A DNA stretch of 32,000 bases from Schaalia meyeri (lineage in GTDB: Bacteria > Actinomycetota > Actinomycetes > Actinomycetales > Actinomycetaceae): NCBI RefSeq assembly GCF_900105015.1, contig NZ_FNLK01000015.1, positions 90,001 to 122,000 on the forward strand. Direction: 5' to 3'. Numbering within the stretch: position 1 is the stretch's first letter; every line of letters starts with the position of its first letter. The notes beneath the pieces were generated by a model. It was not told the DNA's origin and ran no database searches. It saw only the letters and a program-made list of their open reading frames with translations. Shown here one piece after another: positions 1-8,575 of the stretch. Position numbers and translations under genes: made by a program.

Positions 1-90
1 GCCGAAAGTGACGGCCAGACCCGACAACGCACCGGCGGTCGCCACCTCGACGGGGGTGAGGAGGCGGGTGTCGCGCGCGGTGGAACTCAT
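1..90 (-). CDS. Hypothetical protein, first 30 codons only (gene runs off the left edge)
   Basis: Minus-strand ATG at 90-88, open to position 1. Translates to MSSTARDTRLLTPVEVATAGALSGLAVTFG. Only a weak AGGGG SD-like element lies upstream. No family is recognisable. Confidence 0.25.
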   Translation of the reverse strand, partial: MSSTARDTRLLTPVEVATAGALSGLAVTFG

Positions 91-254
91 GCCCCTAGTG
101 TCCCAGGCACCGCCCTGATCTGCGAGCGCCGGGCCCCACCGCCCGCATTGCATCTCGCGTGTGACCCGGGGAGTGGTGCCCCGTGGACCGGGGATCACCC
201 CATTCCATTACCATTGCCCAGGCCACCGAAGAAGCTGGGGAACTCACGGGACTT

Positions 255-1187
255 CTACGCCCTGTTGAGTTCACCGAAGGGGATGTGGACGCTGGGCGTT
301 GAATCCGAGGCCGTGTCCACGTGGCGGCGCTGGTCGTCAAAGAAGATATGCGGCTGCAGGACACCCAGGATGGGTCCCTTGTTGATTCCTCCCAGGAAGA
401 ACGCGTCGTTGACGCGCAGCCCCCACCCACGGATCGAGTTAATCGCGCGCTCGTGGGCGGGCGCACTGCGCGCCGTCACGACGGCGACGCGGACCCTGCG
501 TTCGTAGCCTTCCGGATCGGCGTCGTGCTTGGCGTCCTCAATCCGTTGGATGTGGTTGATCTTTTCCAGGAAGGCCGCCAGCGGGCCCCTGGGGAGGGGC
601 ACGTCGGCCAGGGCGCTTTCGTTCTCCTGGTACGCCTCCAACGTTCCCTCCTGATAGATCCTCTCGGAGGAGTCGTCGGCCAGAACGCCGTCGAAGTCGA
701 AGGCGATGCGCAGGTCGGTGCCCCCGTCGTCCGCCACCGCGCGCCCCACGACGCGGCCAGCCGCGAAACCCAGCCCGATCGCCTCGCGCACGTCAGTCTC
801 GTTGGCCGACAGGAACAGGGACATGCGCAGCGGTTCCATGAAACGGTAGGGAGAGCGGCCCTGCATGAAGATCGCGCGCGTGATGTCCAACCCGTGGTGC
901 TTAACCGAGCGCATGACGCGCAGCCCCGTCTCCGGGTCGTTGCGCGACAGGATGACCACCTCGACCAGGCGCTCGTCCTCGGAGAGGTCGTTGAGGGTCA
1001 GGAGGCGGCGGATGAAGGGGAAGGCCACCCCCGGTGCCAGTGCGTTGTCAAGGTGGTCGCGCTGGTACTCGCGGTACTTCTGCTCGCCATCCTGGCGGAA
1101 CACCGCGTCCGAAGACCTCAAGTCGAAGAGCGCGCTGGAGGCGACCCCGATGACGAGGGCACGCTCCAGATCCAGTTTCCCGGGCAT
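255..1187 (-). CDS. 5'-nucleotidase family protein (PF06189-like)
   Basis: The ORF track gives 255..1232. I prefer the internal ATG at 1187 (MPGKLDLERALVIGVASSALFDL) because GGAAGGAAGGA lies just upstream on the minus strand. Motifs VVILSRNDPETGLRV, LFLSANETDV, RIAFDFDGVLADD and HIFFDDQ match my recollection of the bacterial cytosolic 5'-nucleotidase family. Confidence 0.7.
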   Translation of the reverse strand: MPGKLDLERALVIGVASSALFDLRSSDAVFRQDGEQKYREYQRDHLDNALAPGVAFPFIRRLLTLNDLSEDERLVEVVILSRNDPETGLRVMRSVKHHGLDITRAIFMQGRSPYRFMEPLRMSLFLSANETDVREAIGLGFAAGRVVGRAVADDGGTDLRIAFDFDGVLADDSSERIYQEGTLEAYQENESALADVPLPRGPLAAFLEKINHIQRIEDAKHDADPEGYERRVRVAVVTARSAPAHERAINSIRGWGLRVNDAFFLGGINKGPILGVLQPHIFFDDQRRHVDTASDSTPSVHIPFGELNRA

Positions 1188-1395
1188 TGCGTCCTTCCTT
1201 CCGCTCACTTTGACCCACTTCCCTGTGGGCAAGGGTATAGGCGCCCATGCTCACCTGCGTCCCAGGATCCGCGCCGCCCGGTGTCCCTGATCCGAGGCCG
1301 CCGACGCGCACGTTAACCCGTAAGGACGCGCATGCGCGCAAGCTCGACGCGCCCTCATCGCACTGTCGCGGCGGCCACAGATTGTCCAGCCGGAT

Positions 1396-2085
1396 TTAAG
1401 ACCGACCAGGGGTTGTGTCAGCTCGGTGCCATGCGACTGCGATCTGCACCCGGTCACGCAGGCCCGTTTTAGTCAGGATCCTGCTCACATACCTGCGCAC
1501 GCTCGTGACCTCGATGACGAGTTTCCCTGCGATCTCAGCATTCGATAGCCCATCAGCAACCAAAGCGGCCACTTGGCGTTCCCTGGGCGTCAGTGCCCCA
1601 AACACCTCACTCGATCCCGTTCCACCGACTCCGCCAAAGGTCGGAGATGCCGCCGCGCGACGGATCAGTTCGCCTGTTAGGCGAGGAGTGAGCACGGCAT
1701 CACCGCGGGCAACCGCATGGACCGCATCGCACAGCTGTCGGGCGGTGGCGTCCTTGAGGAGAAAACCCGACGCTCCCGCAGCCAGGGCGCCGAACGCGTA
1801 ATCATCCTGGTCGTACGTCGTCAAGACAAGCACCCGGATCTGCGGGTAGCGTGCAGTCACCAGGCGCGTCGCGTCTATCCCGTCCAGCCTCGGCATACGC
1901 ACATCCATCAAAACCACATCAGGCATTTCCTGGCCGCGCAGCGAGAGACTATCGAGCTTCTCCAAGCCCTCGCATCCGTCCTGAGCCTCAGCCACCAATT
2001 CCGTATCGGGGTCGTGCCTGAGCATGAGGGAGACCCCGATCCGAGAGAGGCGCCGGTCATCAACAACCATCACGCGGATCATCAC
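1396..2085 (-). CDS. Two-component response regulator, NarL/LuxR family
   Basis: N-terminal receiver domain (MIRVMVVDD ... DVVLMDVRMPRLDG ... LVLTTYD). C-terminal LuxR HTH (LTPRERQVAALVADGLSNAEIAGKLVIEVTSVRRYVSRILTKTG). The GTG at 2085 or the ATG at 2082 overlaps the kinase stop at 2082-2084. Confidence 0.9.
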   Translation of the reverse strand: MMIRVMVVDDRRLSRIGVSLMLRHDPDTELVAEAQDGCEGLEKLDSLSLRGQEMPDVVLMDVRMPRLDGIDATRLVTARYPQIRVLVLTTYDQDDYAFGALAAGASGFLLKDATARQLCDAVHAVARGDAVLTPRLTGELIRRAAASPTFGGVGGTGSSEVFGALTPRERQVAALVADGLSNAEIAGKLVIEVTSVRRYVSRILTKTGLRDRVQIAVAWHRADTTPGRS

Positions 2086-3344
2086 GCGGCTCCTATCCCC
2101 GATCGCGCACTAGATCCAGCCTCATCATGTTCCCCCTCGCCCCTCGACCACAAGGGGATGCGCGCGTGCAGCGCCCAGCCCGCCCCGGACCACCCCGCCT
2201 GGCAGACGCCGCCCGCCTCCACGACCCGGGAACGGACCATCGACAGCCCCGAGTGGGGCGACGCGACGATAGGAAGCGGCGGGCCCCCGTCGGCACCGTC
2301 GCCGGGTGCTTCGTGCTGTCCGTCGTCGCGGACGGACACCTCCACCCAGCCGGTGTCCTTGTGGTCCCACGACACCGTGATCATTGAGGCTCCCCGCGCA
2401 TGCCTGAGCGCGTTCGTGATTCCCTCACGCGCGACGGCGAAGGCGAGGGCCGCCTGGCGCGTATCCGACGAACGACGACCAGTCTCATGGAAGGTCACCG
2501 ACATGCCTGTCCGTCGGGCATTCGCGATGACGGAATGGATGTCATCCCACGTGTGCCTGCCCGGATCCACGGGGGTATGCGCTCCCGGGCTCAGCGCACG
2601 CACCGCATCTCTCGTCTGCGCCAAGCATTCTCGGGCGACAGTATTGATACCCGCCAGCGCCTCGTCGACCATTGCATCGCCTGTTTCCCCGGTCAGACCC
2701 TCGGACAGGGCGATAATCGTGGTCAGTCCATGGCCGACCGAGTCGTGGAGTTCGGCCGCCACCCGGGACTGAGCAACCGCCAGGTTTCGCTCTCGCTCCA
2801 TTGCCGCAGTCCGTAGATTCGCTTCCCTGCCACGACGCATGGTGTCGTGGGCGCTTTCGCGCGCACGGAGCACCATGCCACAGCAGCAGACCATCGCGAA
2901 CGTGGTCAACGAAACGAATGCCTCCGTCCCTTTTCCCTCGACAACCCCCGCGGCAGCGCCGACCGCCGTCGCCGCCGAGCAGACCGCACCGACCGCTGCG
3001 GCTACACGCGCAGACGTGTGGCGCCCCAGTGAGTAGAGAGCGATGATCGCAGGAAGGACCAGGAAAGCACCAACACCGAACGCGGTGGATACCACGTACA
3101 GGCCGACAGCTCCCACCGCCACCACGACGGGGTGCGCACGGCGAACAGCGACGCCGACAACTCCAGCTCCCGACGCAACCGCAATCAACATAGCAGAGAT
3201 GGGGGCCAGGCCACCGGGAATGACGGGGCCGCCAGGGAACCCTGGGACCATGAACGAAGCAAAGAGGGCGACTTCGTAGGACACACAGACCAGGATCGGA
3301 ACCCAGCTCACGTAGCCTCTGGTCTTTCCTGGGTCACCACCCAT
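2082..3344 (-). CDS. Sensor histidine kinase, HisKA_3 (DesK/LiaS-like), intramembrane-sensing type
   Basis: About 170 aa of N-terminal hydrophobic helices with no sizeable extracytoplasmic loop. H-box AAELHDSVGHGLT. HATPase region with REGITNALRHA and GSGLSMVRSRV-like G-boxes. The start shares one base (3344) with the permease stop. Confidence 0.85.
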   Translation of the reverse strand: MGGDPGKTRGYVSWVPILVCVSYEVALFASFMVPGFPGGPVIPGGLAPISAMLIAVASGAGVVGVAVRRAHPVVVAVGAVGLYVVSTAFGVGAFLVLPAIIALYSLGRHTSARVAAAVGAVCSAATAVGAAAGVVEGKGTEAFVSLTTFAMVCCCGMVLRARESAHDTMRRGREANLRTAAMERERNLAVAQSRVAAELHDSVGHGLTTIIALSEGLTGETGDAMVDEALAGINTVARECLAQTRDAVRALSPGAHTPVDPGRHTWDDIHSVIANARRTGMSVTFHETGRRSSDTRQAALAFAVAREGITNALRHARGASMITVSWDHKDTGWVEVSVRDDGQHEAPGDGADGGPPLPIVASPHSGLSMVRSRVVEAGGVCQAGWSGAGWALHARIPLWSRGEGEHDEAGSSARSGIGAA

Positions 3345-4780
3345 CAGGTCCCCTTTCGCGCAACAGCCTGCTTACCGCGAGTATCCTCACGCAGTGCCGG
3401 CCGCGGACCAATCCACCCGGCGAGTCGCCACCGAAGGATAGACACCACCGACAGGAAGGAAGCCAGGGCGAAAGCTAGACACAAATCCACCGGCGGACAA
3501 AACGCCAGGACTGCGAACAGACGTAGGGAGAGTAACAAACCAATGCCCGCTGTAGCCAGGGCGAGGGCGAGGGCAAGCAGCCCGGTCGCTGCCGCCAGGA
3601 GGGCAGCCTGCCAGACCACCATTCGCCATGCTTGAGCACGTGACACGCCCAGGGTACGAAGGATTGTAATCTCCGGCCCTTGGTCACCGGCACTGAGAGC
3701 CGTCACCGCTGTGGCGGTCGCCAAAGCGAAGACAGACACCAAGATGACGAGTACAACGGTATCGGTGTAGTTGAAGGCCTCCTGGACTCCCTGGGCTCGC
3801 ATGATGCGCTCAAAAGTACGAATCACACACAGGAGGAGCGACCCGCCCCCGACGGCAGTGACAAGGGGAGTCACGGTGATGGAGCTACGCCCTGCTCGCG
3901 CGCACAGCGCTTTGCCTGCGAGAACCCCCATCGGCGCCCCCATGCGAGCAGGAATCATCCCCACACAAGCGATGGCCGCTTTCACTCCCCTCGCGCCCCA
4001 CAGGGCAACCGCCACCAACAGGAGGACACCCGGCCACAGCATCAGTGAGCTGAGCGCCCCGCCTCGACCCGTTTCATCCGGCAACGAGATACCCGCCCCA
4101 ACGATCGCCAGGACTACTGCGAGTAAGGCAACCAGTGTTGCGGCCATCGGATGGCCCGAAACGCGGGCTGCTCCTGCATGCGAGGAACGGAGCGCCTCTA
4201 TAGGCCGCATGCGAACCGCCCTCACCACGGGTCCCAGCGAACCCAGCATGCAGGTGAGCCACGACAAGGCCAGCGAGGCTATCAAAGCCTTGGGAGAAGG
4301 TGCGAAGGCCGGATTGAAATCTCCGGTTCCACCCGGAAAGCTCTGAGCGGCCAGCTGGTTAAACCAGGGGATAAGGACGAACGACGTAGGCACCGAGAGA
4401 AAGGAACCAACGAGCGCGCCGATGCCACCTGCCGCAGCCGTCATAGTGAAAGCGGTAGCCCCTACCTGGGCGGGGGTTGCTCCCAGGAGTCGCCAGCGGC
4501 TAAAGTCCGGGGCACAGCGTACGACTGTGGACGCGCCGATGATGGTGAGAGAAAAAGCGGCGATGAGGGCAACGCAACAGTAGATGGACACCGAAACGAT
4601 ATGGAACTCCTGAGCTCGCAGGCCCGCGACCTGCACTGCGGCAAGGAAGCGTGACGAGCGCGTCCAGGCGAATTGGTTCGCGCACACACCCACGAGTGCG
4701 GTCGTGAGCGACATGACGACAATGAGAGGAACCCAGGCACCCCAGTCATTGGTCAAGATCCTGCGTGCGTATCTGAGCAT
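3344..4780 (-). CDS. ABC transporter permease, FtsX-like
   Basis: 478-aa polytopic membrane protein. The N-terminus MLRYARRILTNDWGAWVPLIV is typical of FtsX/MacB-type permeases. It sits directly downstream of the ATPase gene and overlaps it by 35 nt. Confidence 0.8.
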   Translation of the reverse strand: MLRYARRILTNDWGAWVPLIVVMSLTTALVGVCANQFAWTRSSRFLAAVQVAGLRAQEFHIVSVSIYCCVALIAAFSLTIIGASTVVRCAPDFSRWRLLGATPAQVGATAFTMTAAAGGIGALVGSFLSVPTSFVLIPWFNQLAAQSFPGGTGDFNPAFAPSPKALIASLALSWLTCMLGSLGPVVRAVRMRPIEALRSSHAGAARVSGHPMAATLVALLAVVLAIVGAGISLPDETGRGGALSSLMLWPGVLLLVAVALWGARGVKAAIACVGMIPARMGAPMGVLAGKALCARAGRSSITVTPLVTAVGGGSLLLCVIRTFERIMRAQGVQEAFNYTDTVVLVILVSVFALATATAVTALSAGDQGPEITILRTLGVSRAQAWRMVVWQAALLAAATGLLALALALATAGIGLLLSLRLFAVLAFCPPVDLCLAFALASFLSVVSILRWRLAGWIGPRPALREDTRGKQAVARKGT

Positions 4781-5513
4781 CGGACACCTCCTCGTGCTGC
4801 TCGTTCATACCCTTGAGGACCTCGCTGGCAGATAGGTCTGTGGCAACGTGGGTGACCCTCCCGTCCCGCATGAAGGCCACGCGGTCGGACAACGATGCAA
4901 TCACGGGGTCGTGGGTGACGATGACGACCGTTGCACCAGAGTCTCCAATGGATCGCAGCGCCTCAAGCACAACCTGCGAGTTGCCCGAGTCCAGCGCTCC
5001 GGTGGGTTCGTCGGCGAAGAGCACCCGCGGTTGCGTGATGAGCGCTCGGATGATCGCACAACGCTGAGCCTCGCCCCCCGATGCAGCTTCGGCCTTGGTG
5101 CGACGACTGCGGGCGAGGGAGAATCGGGTAAATAGGAGGTCCAGTTGTGCTTGTGCGCCGTTGACCCTTCGGCCGGCGAGTTCGAGCGGCAGGACGGCAT
5201 TTTCTTCGAGGGTCAGGTAGGGGACGAGGTTCGCATCCTGAAAAACGAAACCCACGCGGTCACGAATGAACTGGGTGCGTCGCGCCTCGCTCAACGCGTA
5301 GACTTCCACACCATCCACCGCGATGGCCCCTCGCGTCGGCGCATCCAAACCCGACAAGACGTGGAGGAGGGAGGTCTTGCCCGCACCCGAGCGCCCGACG
5401 AGGGAGGTCATCCCGGGACCGGCATCGAAGGAGCAGTCACGGACGACCGTAAGCAAGCCTCGCTCGTGGGGAATCTCCTTCCACACGCTACGCGCACAAA
5501 CCACGCTTCCCAT
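4746..5513 (-). CDS. ABC transporter ATP-binding protein (MacB/LolD-like)
   Basis: Walker A GRSGAGKTSLL, Q-loop, signature ASGGEAQR, Walker B VLFADEPTGALD and H-loop VTHD. I chose the ATG at 5513 (MGSVVCARSV), preceded by GAGAAGGGA. The track ORF extends to 5585. Confidence 0.9.
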   Translation of the reverse strand: MGSVVCARSVWKEIPHERGLLTVVRDCSFDAGPGMTSLVGRSGAGKTSLLHVLSGLDAPTRGAIAVDGVEVYALSEARRTQFIRDRVGFVFQDANLVPYLTLEENAVLPLELAGRRVNGAQAQLDLLFTRFSLARSRRTKAEAASGGEAQRCAIIRALITQPRVLFADEPTGALDSGNSQVVLEALRSIGDSGATVVIVTHDPVIASLSDRVAFMRDGRVTHVATDLSASEVLKGMNEQHEEVSDAQIRTQDLDQ

Positions 5514-5802
5514 CGTGGATCCCTTCTCGGTTGTATCCCAGCAACCCGTGGCTCCCGGGTTTTCTTTCTCCTGTCTCCCATACAATCGCAGTGGCCGATC
5601 CCAGCGCTAGTGTTCGGGCACTATCGTCATCTCGAGCGGACAATGGTCGGCTCGTTGTTCCCGCGCGGTGAAGGCACAGCAAAGAGTGTTCACGCCCAAC
5701 CACCTCGTAGCGCACGTGTTGGCGACAGGGCAACAGGGTGCCCGTACAGGACATGCCATCAACCTACGGGTCTGCGGCAACCGGGTCCCGCCGCGCGAGG
5801 TT

Positions 5803-7092
5803 CTAGCCCTCGCCGTCGACAGGCGACGCGGCGGGCGTGGGAGCGTCGAGGTCGCGGATGCTAGGAACGGCGTACATGGCCGCTCCGAGGATGCAGAAGA
5901 AGAGGCCCGCGGCGGTGAAGAGGGCGGGCAGTCCCGTCCAATCGGCGATGGCACCGCCCAGGGCGACGCCGAGGGGCATCGCCAGCCCAAGCATCAGTTG
6001 GAAGAACCCCACTGCGCGCCCGACCTTGTCCTCTCCGACGTGCCTTTGGATGAGGGTCATCAGGGGCGGGTGGAACCACGCCAGGAACACGCAGGCAAAC
6101 CCCATGAGCGCCACGAACGCCCAGAATCCACTCTTGGGAAGCAGGCCGGTCGCCGCGATGGGGAATCCGACGATGACGATCGTGCAGCTCATGAGCAGCG
6201 CCAACCGCTGGCCCCCTCCCCACGCCATCATGATGACCACGCCGACCAGCATGCAGGTGCCCGTGATCGCCTCGGCGATGGACACCATGCCCCCGTCGGC
6301 GCCGAAGTGCTGCTGCGCCATGAGCGGGTACACCGCCTGAATGGCGGCGAAAACCATCATCCCGGCGGTGAGGGCGACGATCAGGATGACCAGGCCCGAG
6401 TGGACGTTCAGCGCCCTCCACCCCTGGCGGATCTGCCCCATGATGGTCGGGGGCATCTCGGCCTCAACCGAGGGGATCCTGGCCAGTGCCAGGCCGCCCA
6501 CCGCCAGGAGCGCCCCTGCGAACTCCAGGCCCAGGGTGTAGGGCAGCCCGAAGGCCGTGTAGAGGGCGATGCCGATCGCCGGAGAACCGATGTTGGCGAT
6601 CGATCCGATGGCCTGGTCGAGGGCATTCACGCGCATGAGGTGTTTCTCGGGGACCAGCATCGGCATGGCCGCGCTCATCGCGGGGAAGTGGAAGGCCTGG
6701 AAGCAGCTGCGCAGCGCCGCGAAGAGGCATATGAGGGCGAAGGTGCCGTGCCCGAACCACGCCAGGGCCCCCAACGCCAGCGACATCACGCCCGCACCCA
6801 GGTCGGAGACGATCATGACGGTGCGGCGGTTGTAGCGGTCCGCGGCCAGGCCACCCAGGGGGGCCAGCAGCCCGAGGGGCAGCTGGGAGAGGGCCATGAC
6901 GAGGGCGAGCTTCAGGGCCGAACCCTCGGTGGTGGTAACGTGCCAGATGATCGCCCACCCGGACGCCCCGCTGGTGACGATGGAGAACGCCTGGCCGCTC
7001 CAGATCATGGCGACCACTCGCCACCAGTTCAAAGCCAGCTGGCGGCCGGAGGCGCTTACCTGCGCGGGAGCAGAGGAGGTATCTGGGAGCAT
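5803..7092 (-). CDS. MFS transporter (EntS/macrolide-efflux-like, MFS_3)
   Basis: About 12 predicted TM helices. MFS motif GGLAADRYNRR after TM2. The start is set at the in-frame ATG 7092 (MLPDTSS...) because a TTGACT-17-TACCGT promoter ends 7 nt upstream, which suggests a leaderless mRNA. The track ORF runs to 7287 through GC-rich, non-membrane sequence. Confidence 0.75.
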   Translation of the reverse strand: MLPDTSSAPAQVSASGRQLALNWWRVVAMIWSGQAFSIVTSGASGWAIIWHVTTTEGSALKLALVMALSQLPLGLLAPLGGLAADRYNRRTVMIVSDLGAGVMSLALGALAWFGHGTFALICLFAALRSCFQAFHFPAMSAAMPMLVPEKHLMRVNALDQAIGSIANIGSPAIGIALYTAFGLPYTLGLEFAGALLAVGGLALARIPSVEAEMPPTIMGQIRQGWRALNVHSGLVILIVALTAGMMVFAAIQAVYPLMAQQHFGADGGMVSIAEAITGTCMLVGVVIMMAWGGGQRLALLMSCTIVIVGFPIAATGLLPKSGFWAFVALMGFACVFLAWFHPPLMTLIQRHVGEDKVGRAVGFFQLMLGLAMPLGVALGGAIADWTGLPALFTAAGLFFCILGAAMYAVPSIRDLDAPTPAASPVDGEG

Positions 7093-7099
7093 CCATGCA

Positions 7100-7128
7100 A
7101 CGGTAATGTCACGCTTCTTGCCAGTCAA
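7100..7128 (-). promoter_or_regulatory. Putative promoter of the MFS gene (TTGACT - 17 nt - TACCGT), possibly leaderless
   Basis: Read on the minus strand: TTGACT (7128-7123), a 17-nt spacer, then TACCGT (7105-7100, fits actinobacterial TAnnnT). The ATG at 7092 begins 8 nt after the -10 hexamer. The -35 lies in one copy of a 12-bp direct repeat. Confidence 0.35.
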
Positions 7129-7294
7129 TAGATCTTGCCAGTCAACAGCCACGAAGTCCCCGGCGACCCTCGTCGAACACCGCCCGGCACCGCGCCCTGA
7201 CGCTTCGCTCGCGGCGCCCGGCGTCTCTGCGGTTGAACCGAGCCCTTCCCAGGGGCGCGGATAACACACCACGTCATAAAGCGCCAAAAACCCT

Positions 7295-7323
7295 TGTGAG
7301 GTTTACCTAATATTGTGTAGCAT
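7295..7323 (+). promoter_or_regulatory. Putative promoter of the iron-chelate ABC importer (TTGTGA - 17 nt - TAGCAT) with an embedded palindrome
   Basis: TTGTGA at 7295-7300, 17-nt spacer, TAGCAT at 7318-7323. The RBS GAGAGGA (7347-7353) and ATG 7358 follow. The palindrome AGGTttACCT (7299-7308) sits inside the spacer. Confidence 0.35.
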
Positions 7324-7357
7324 TTCCCTCGTAATCCCTGAGACACGAGAGGACACG

Positions 7358-8488
7358 ATGAAGATACGCCTCGCGGCGCTGACCGCCCTGCTGACCACCG
7401 CCCTGACGCTCACCGCCTGCGGCGGCACCGGGGGAACCACCGCCCAGTCGGACTCGACCACCAAGGGGGCCGGCGCCTCGTCGACCCGGACGATCACCGA
7501 CCACGGCGGTAACGAGGTCACCCTGCCCGCTCAGATCACCCGCGTCGCCATCGACCAGATCCCGATCGAATCCACCTACCTCGCCTACTTCGACGGCAAG
7601 GCACCCAACCTGGTGGGCATGAGCGCCGCGCGCGTCAAGGCCATGAGCCAGACGATCGCCGCGGAGATGGCCCCCGAGATGATGCAGGTGGAGACCGGCT
7701 ACTACGACAAGGGCGAGCTCAACGCCGAGGCCCTGCTGAACCTCAACGTCGACGTCGTCCTCTACAACGCCTTCAACAAGGAACACGGCGAGATATTCCG
7801 CAAAGCTGGCATCCCCGCCGTTGGCTTCACCACGATGGGGAACCCCTCGGAGACCTACACGCAGTGGATGGAGCTCCTCGAAGACGTCTTTAACCAGGAA
7901 GGCCACATGGCCGACAAGATCGCGCTGGGCCAGAACCTGGTCGCCGACGCCCGCGCGCGCACCGCGAAGGTCCCGGAGGATCAGCGGGTTTCGACGATGG
8001 TCCTCATGAGCGCGGCCGACGGGCAGCTCGCCGTCGCGGGAGGCAAAGAGGGCTGGTTCACGGGCGAGTGGGCCGACTCCCTGAACTACACGAACGTCTC
8101 GCGCGACACCAACACATCGCGCACACCCGTCACCTTCGAGCAGGTCCTCACGTGGGACCCGCAGGTCCTCCTGGTCACCGGCAAGGGAATGTCCAACATG
8201 ACGGCGAATACCGTTTTAACGAACTCGGTTGAGGGGGTGGACCTGTCCACCCTGTCCTCCGTGAAGAACGGCCGCGTCTATTCGACCGGCCTGGGCATGT
8301 GGAACTGGTTCACCCCCAACCCAGACGCCCCGATCGTGGCGAACTGGATCGGCGCATCCTTGTACCCCGACCAGTTCACCGACGTTGATCTGGTTGCCAT
8401 CACGAAGGACTACTACCAGAAGATGTACAACTTCACGCTCACCGACGAACAGGCGCGCCGGATCGTTAACCCCGACGCCGCCTCCTGA
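7358..8488 (+). CDS. ABC transporter substrate-binding lipoprotein, iron-siderophore/heme/cobalamin (FecB/BtuF, cluster A-2) type
   Basis: Lipoprotein signal MKIRLAALTALLTTALTLTACGG with a lipobox Cys. Its size and its position upstream of FecCD permease and FecE-like ATPase genes fit this family. RBS GAGAGGA lies upstream of ATG 7358. Confidence 0.85.
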   Translation: MKIRLAALTALLTTALTLTACGGTGGTTAQSDSTTKGAGASSTRTITDHGGNEVTLPAQITRVAIDQIPIESTYLAYFDGKAPNLVGMSAARVKAMSQTIAAEMAPEMMQVETGYYDKGELNAEALLNLNVDVVLYNAFNKEHGEIFRKAGIPAVGFTTMGNPSETYTQWMELLEDVFNQEGHMADKIALGQNLVADARARTAKVPEDQRVSTMVLMSAADGQLAVAGGKEGWFTGEWADSLNYTNVSRDTNTSRTPVTFEQVLTWDPQVLLVTGKGMSNMTANTVLTNSVEGVDLSTLSSVKNGRVYSTGLGMWNWFTPNPDAPIVANWIGASLYPDQFTDVDLVAITKDYYQKMYNFTLTDEQARRIVNPDAAS

Positions 8489-8494
8489 CGCCCG

Positions 8495-8530
8495 GCCCCG
8501 GCCTCGTCTCCTCATCGACGAGGCCGGGGC
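8495..8530 (+). promoter_or_regulatory. Intercistronic GC-rich hairpin between the binding-protein and permease genes
   Basis: Perfect 14-bp stem, GCCCCGGCCTCGTC (8495-8508) with GACGAGGCCGGGGC (8517-8530), and an 8-nt loop. No immediate U-tract follows. It may be a partial terminator or an mRNA stabiliser. Confidence 0.4.
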
Positions 8531-8575
8531 TCCGCTATGCGTTTTACTCCCGGGCTCCCCGGGGAGAGGACACCT

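Noticed and set aside
95-507. ORFs 95..466 (-) and 148..507 (+) near the left edge
   Set aside because: They overlap the 3' end of the 5'-nucleotidase gene or the short intergenic gap. Their products are Arg/Ser/Pro-rich, with no SD or motifs.
5668-7131. 487-aa plus-strand ORF antisense to the MFS gene
   Set aside because: The product is Arg/Gly/Asp/His-rich low-complexity sequence with no recognisable motifs. It is a typical shadow ORF of a high-GC gene, and the opposite strand encodes a convincing 12-TM MFS protein.
7290-7316. Canonical DtxR/IdeR iron box upstream of the importer
   Set aside because: Only about 12/19 positions match TTAGGTTAGCCTAACCTAA when aligned linearly. The palindromic half-sites have the wrong spacing (2 nt versus 7 nt). 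It is kept only as a non-canonical operator candidate.
7093-7357. Cobalamin or other riboswitch upstream of the BtuF/FecB-like gene
   Set aside because: No B12-box-like element (AGYCMGGAGACCKGCC type) or extended conserved structure is visible. The likely promoter leaves only a roughly 30-nt leader.
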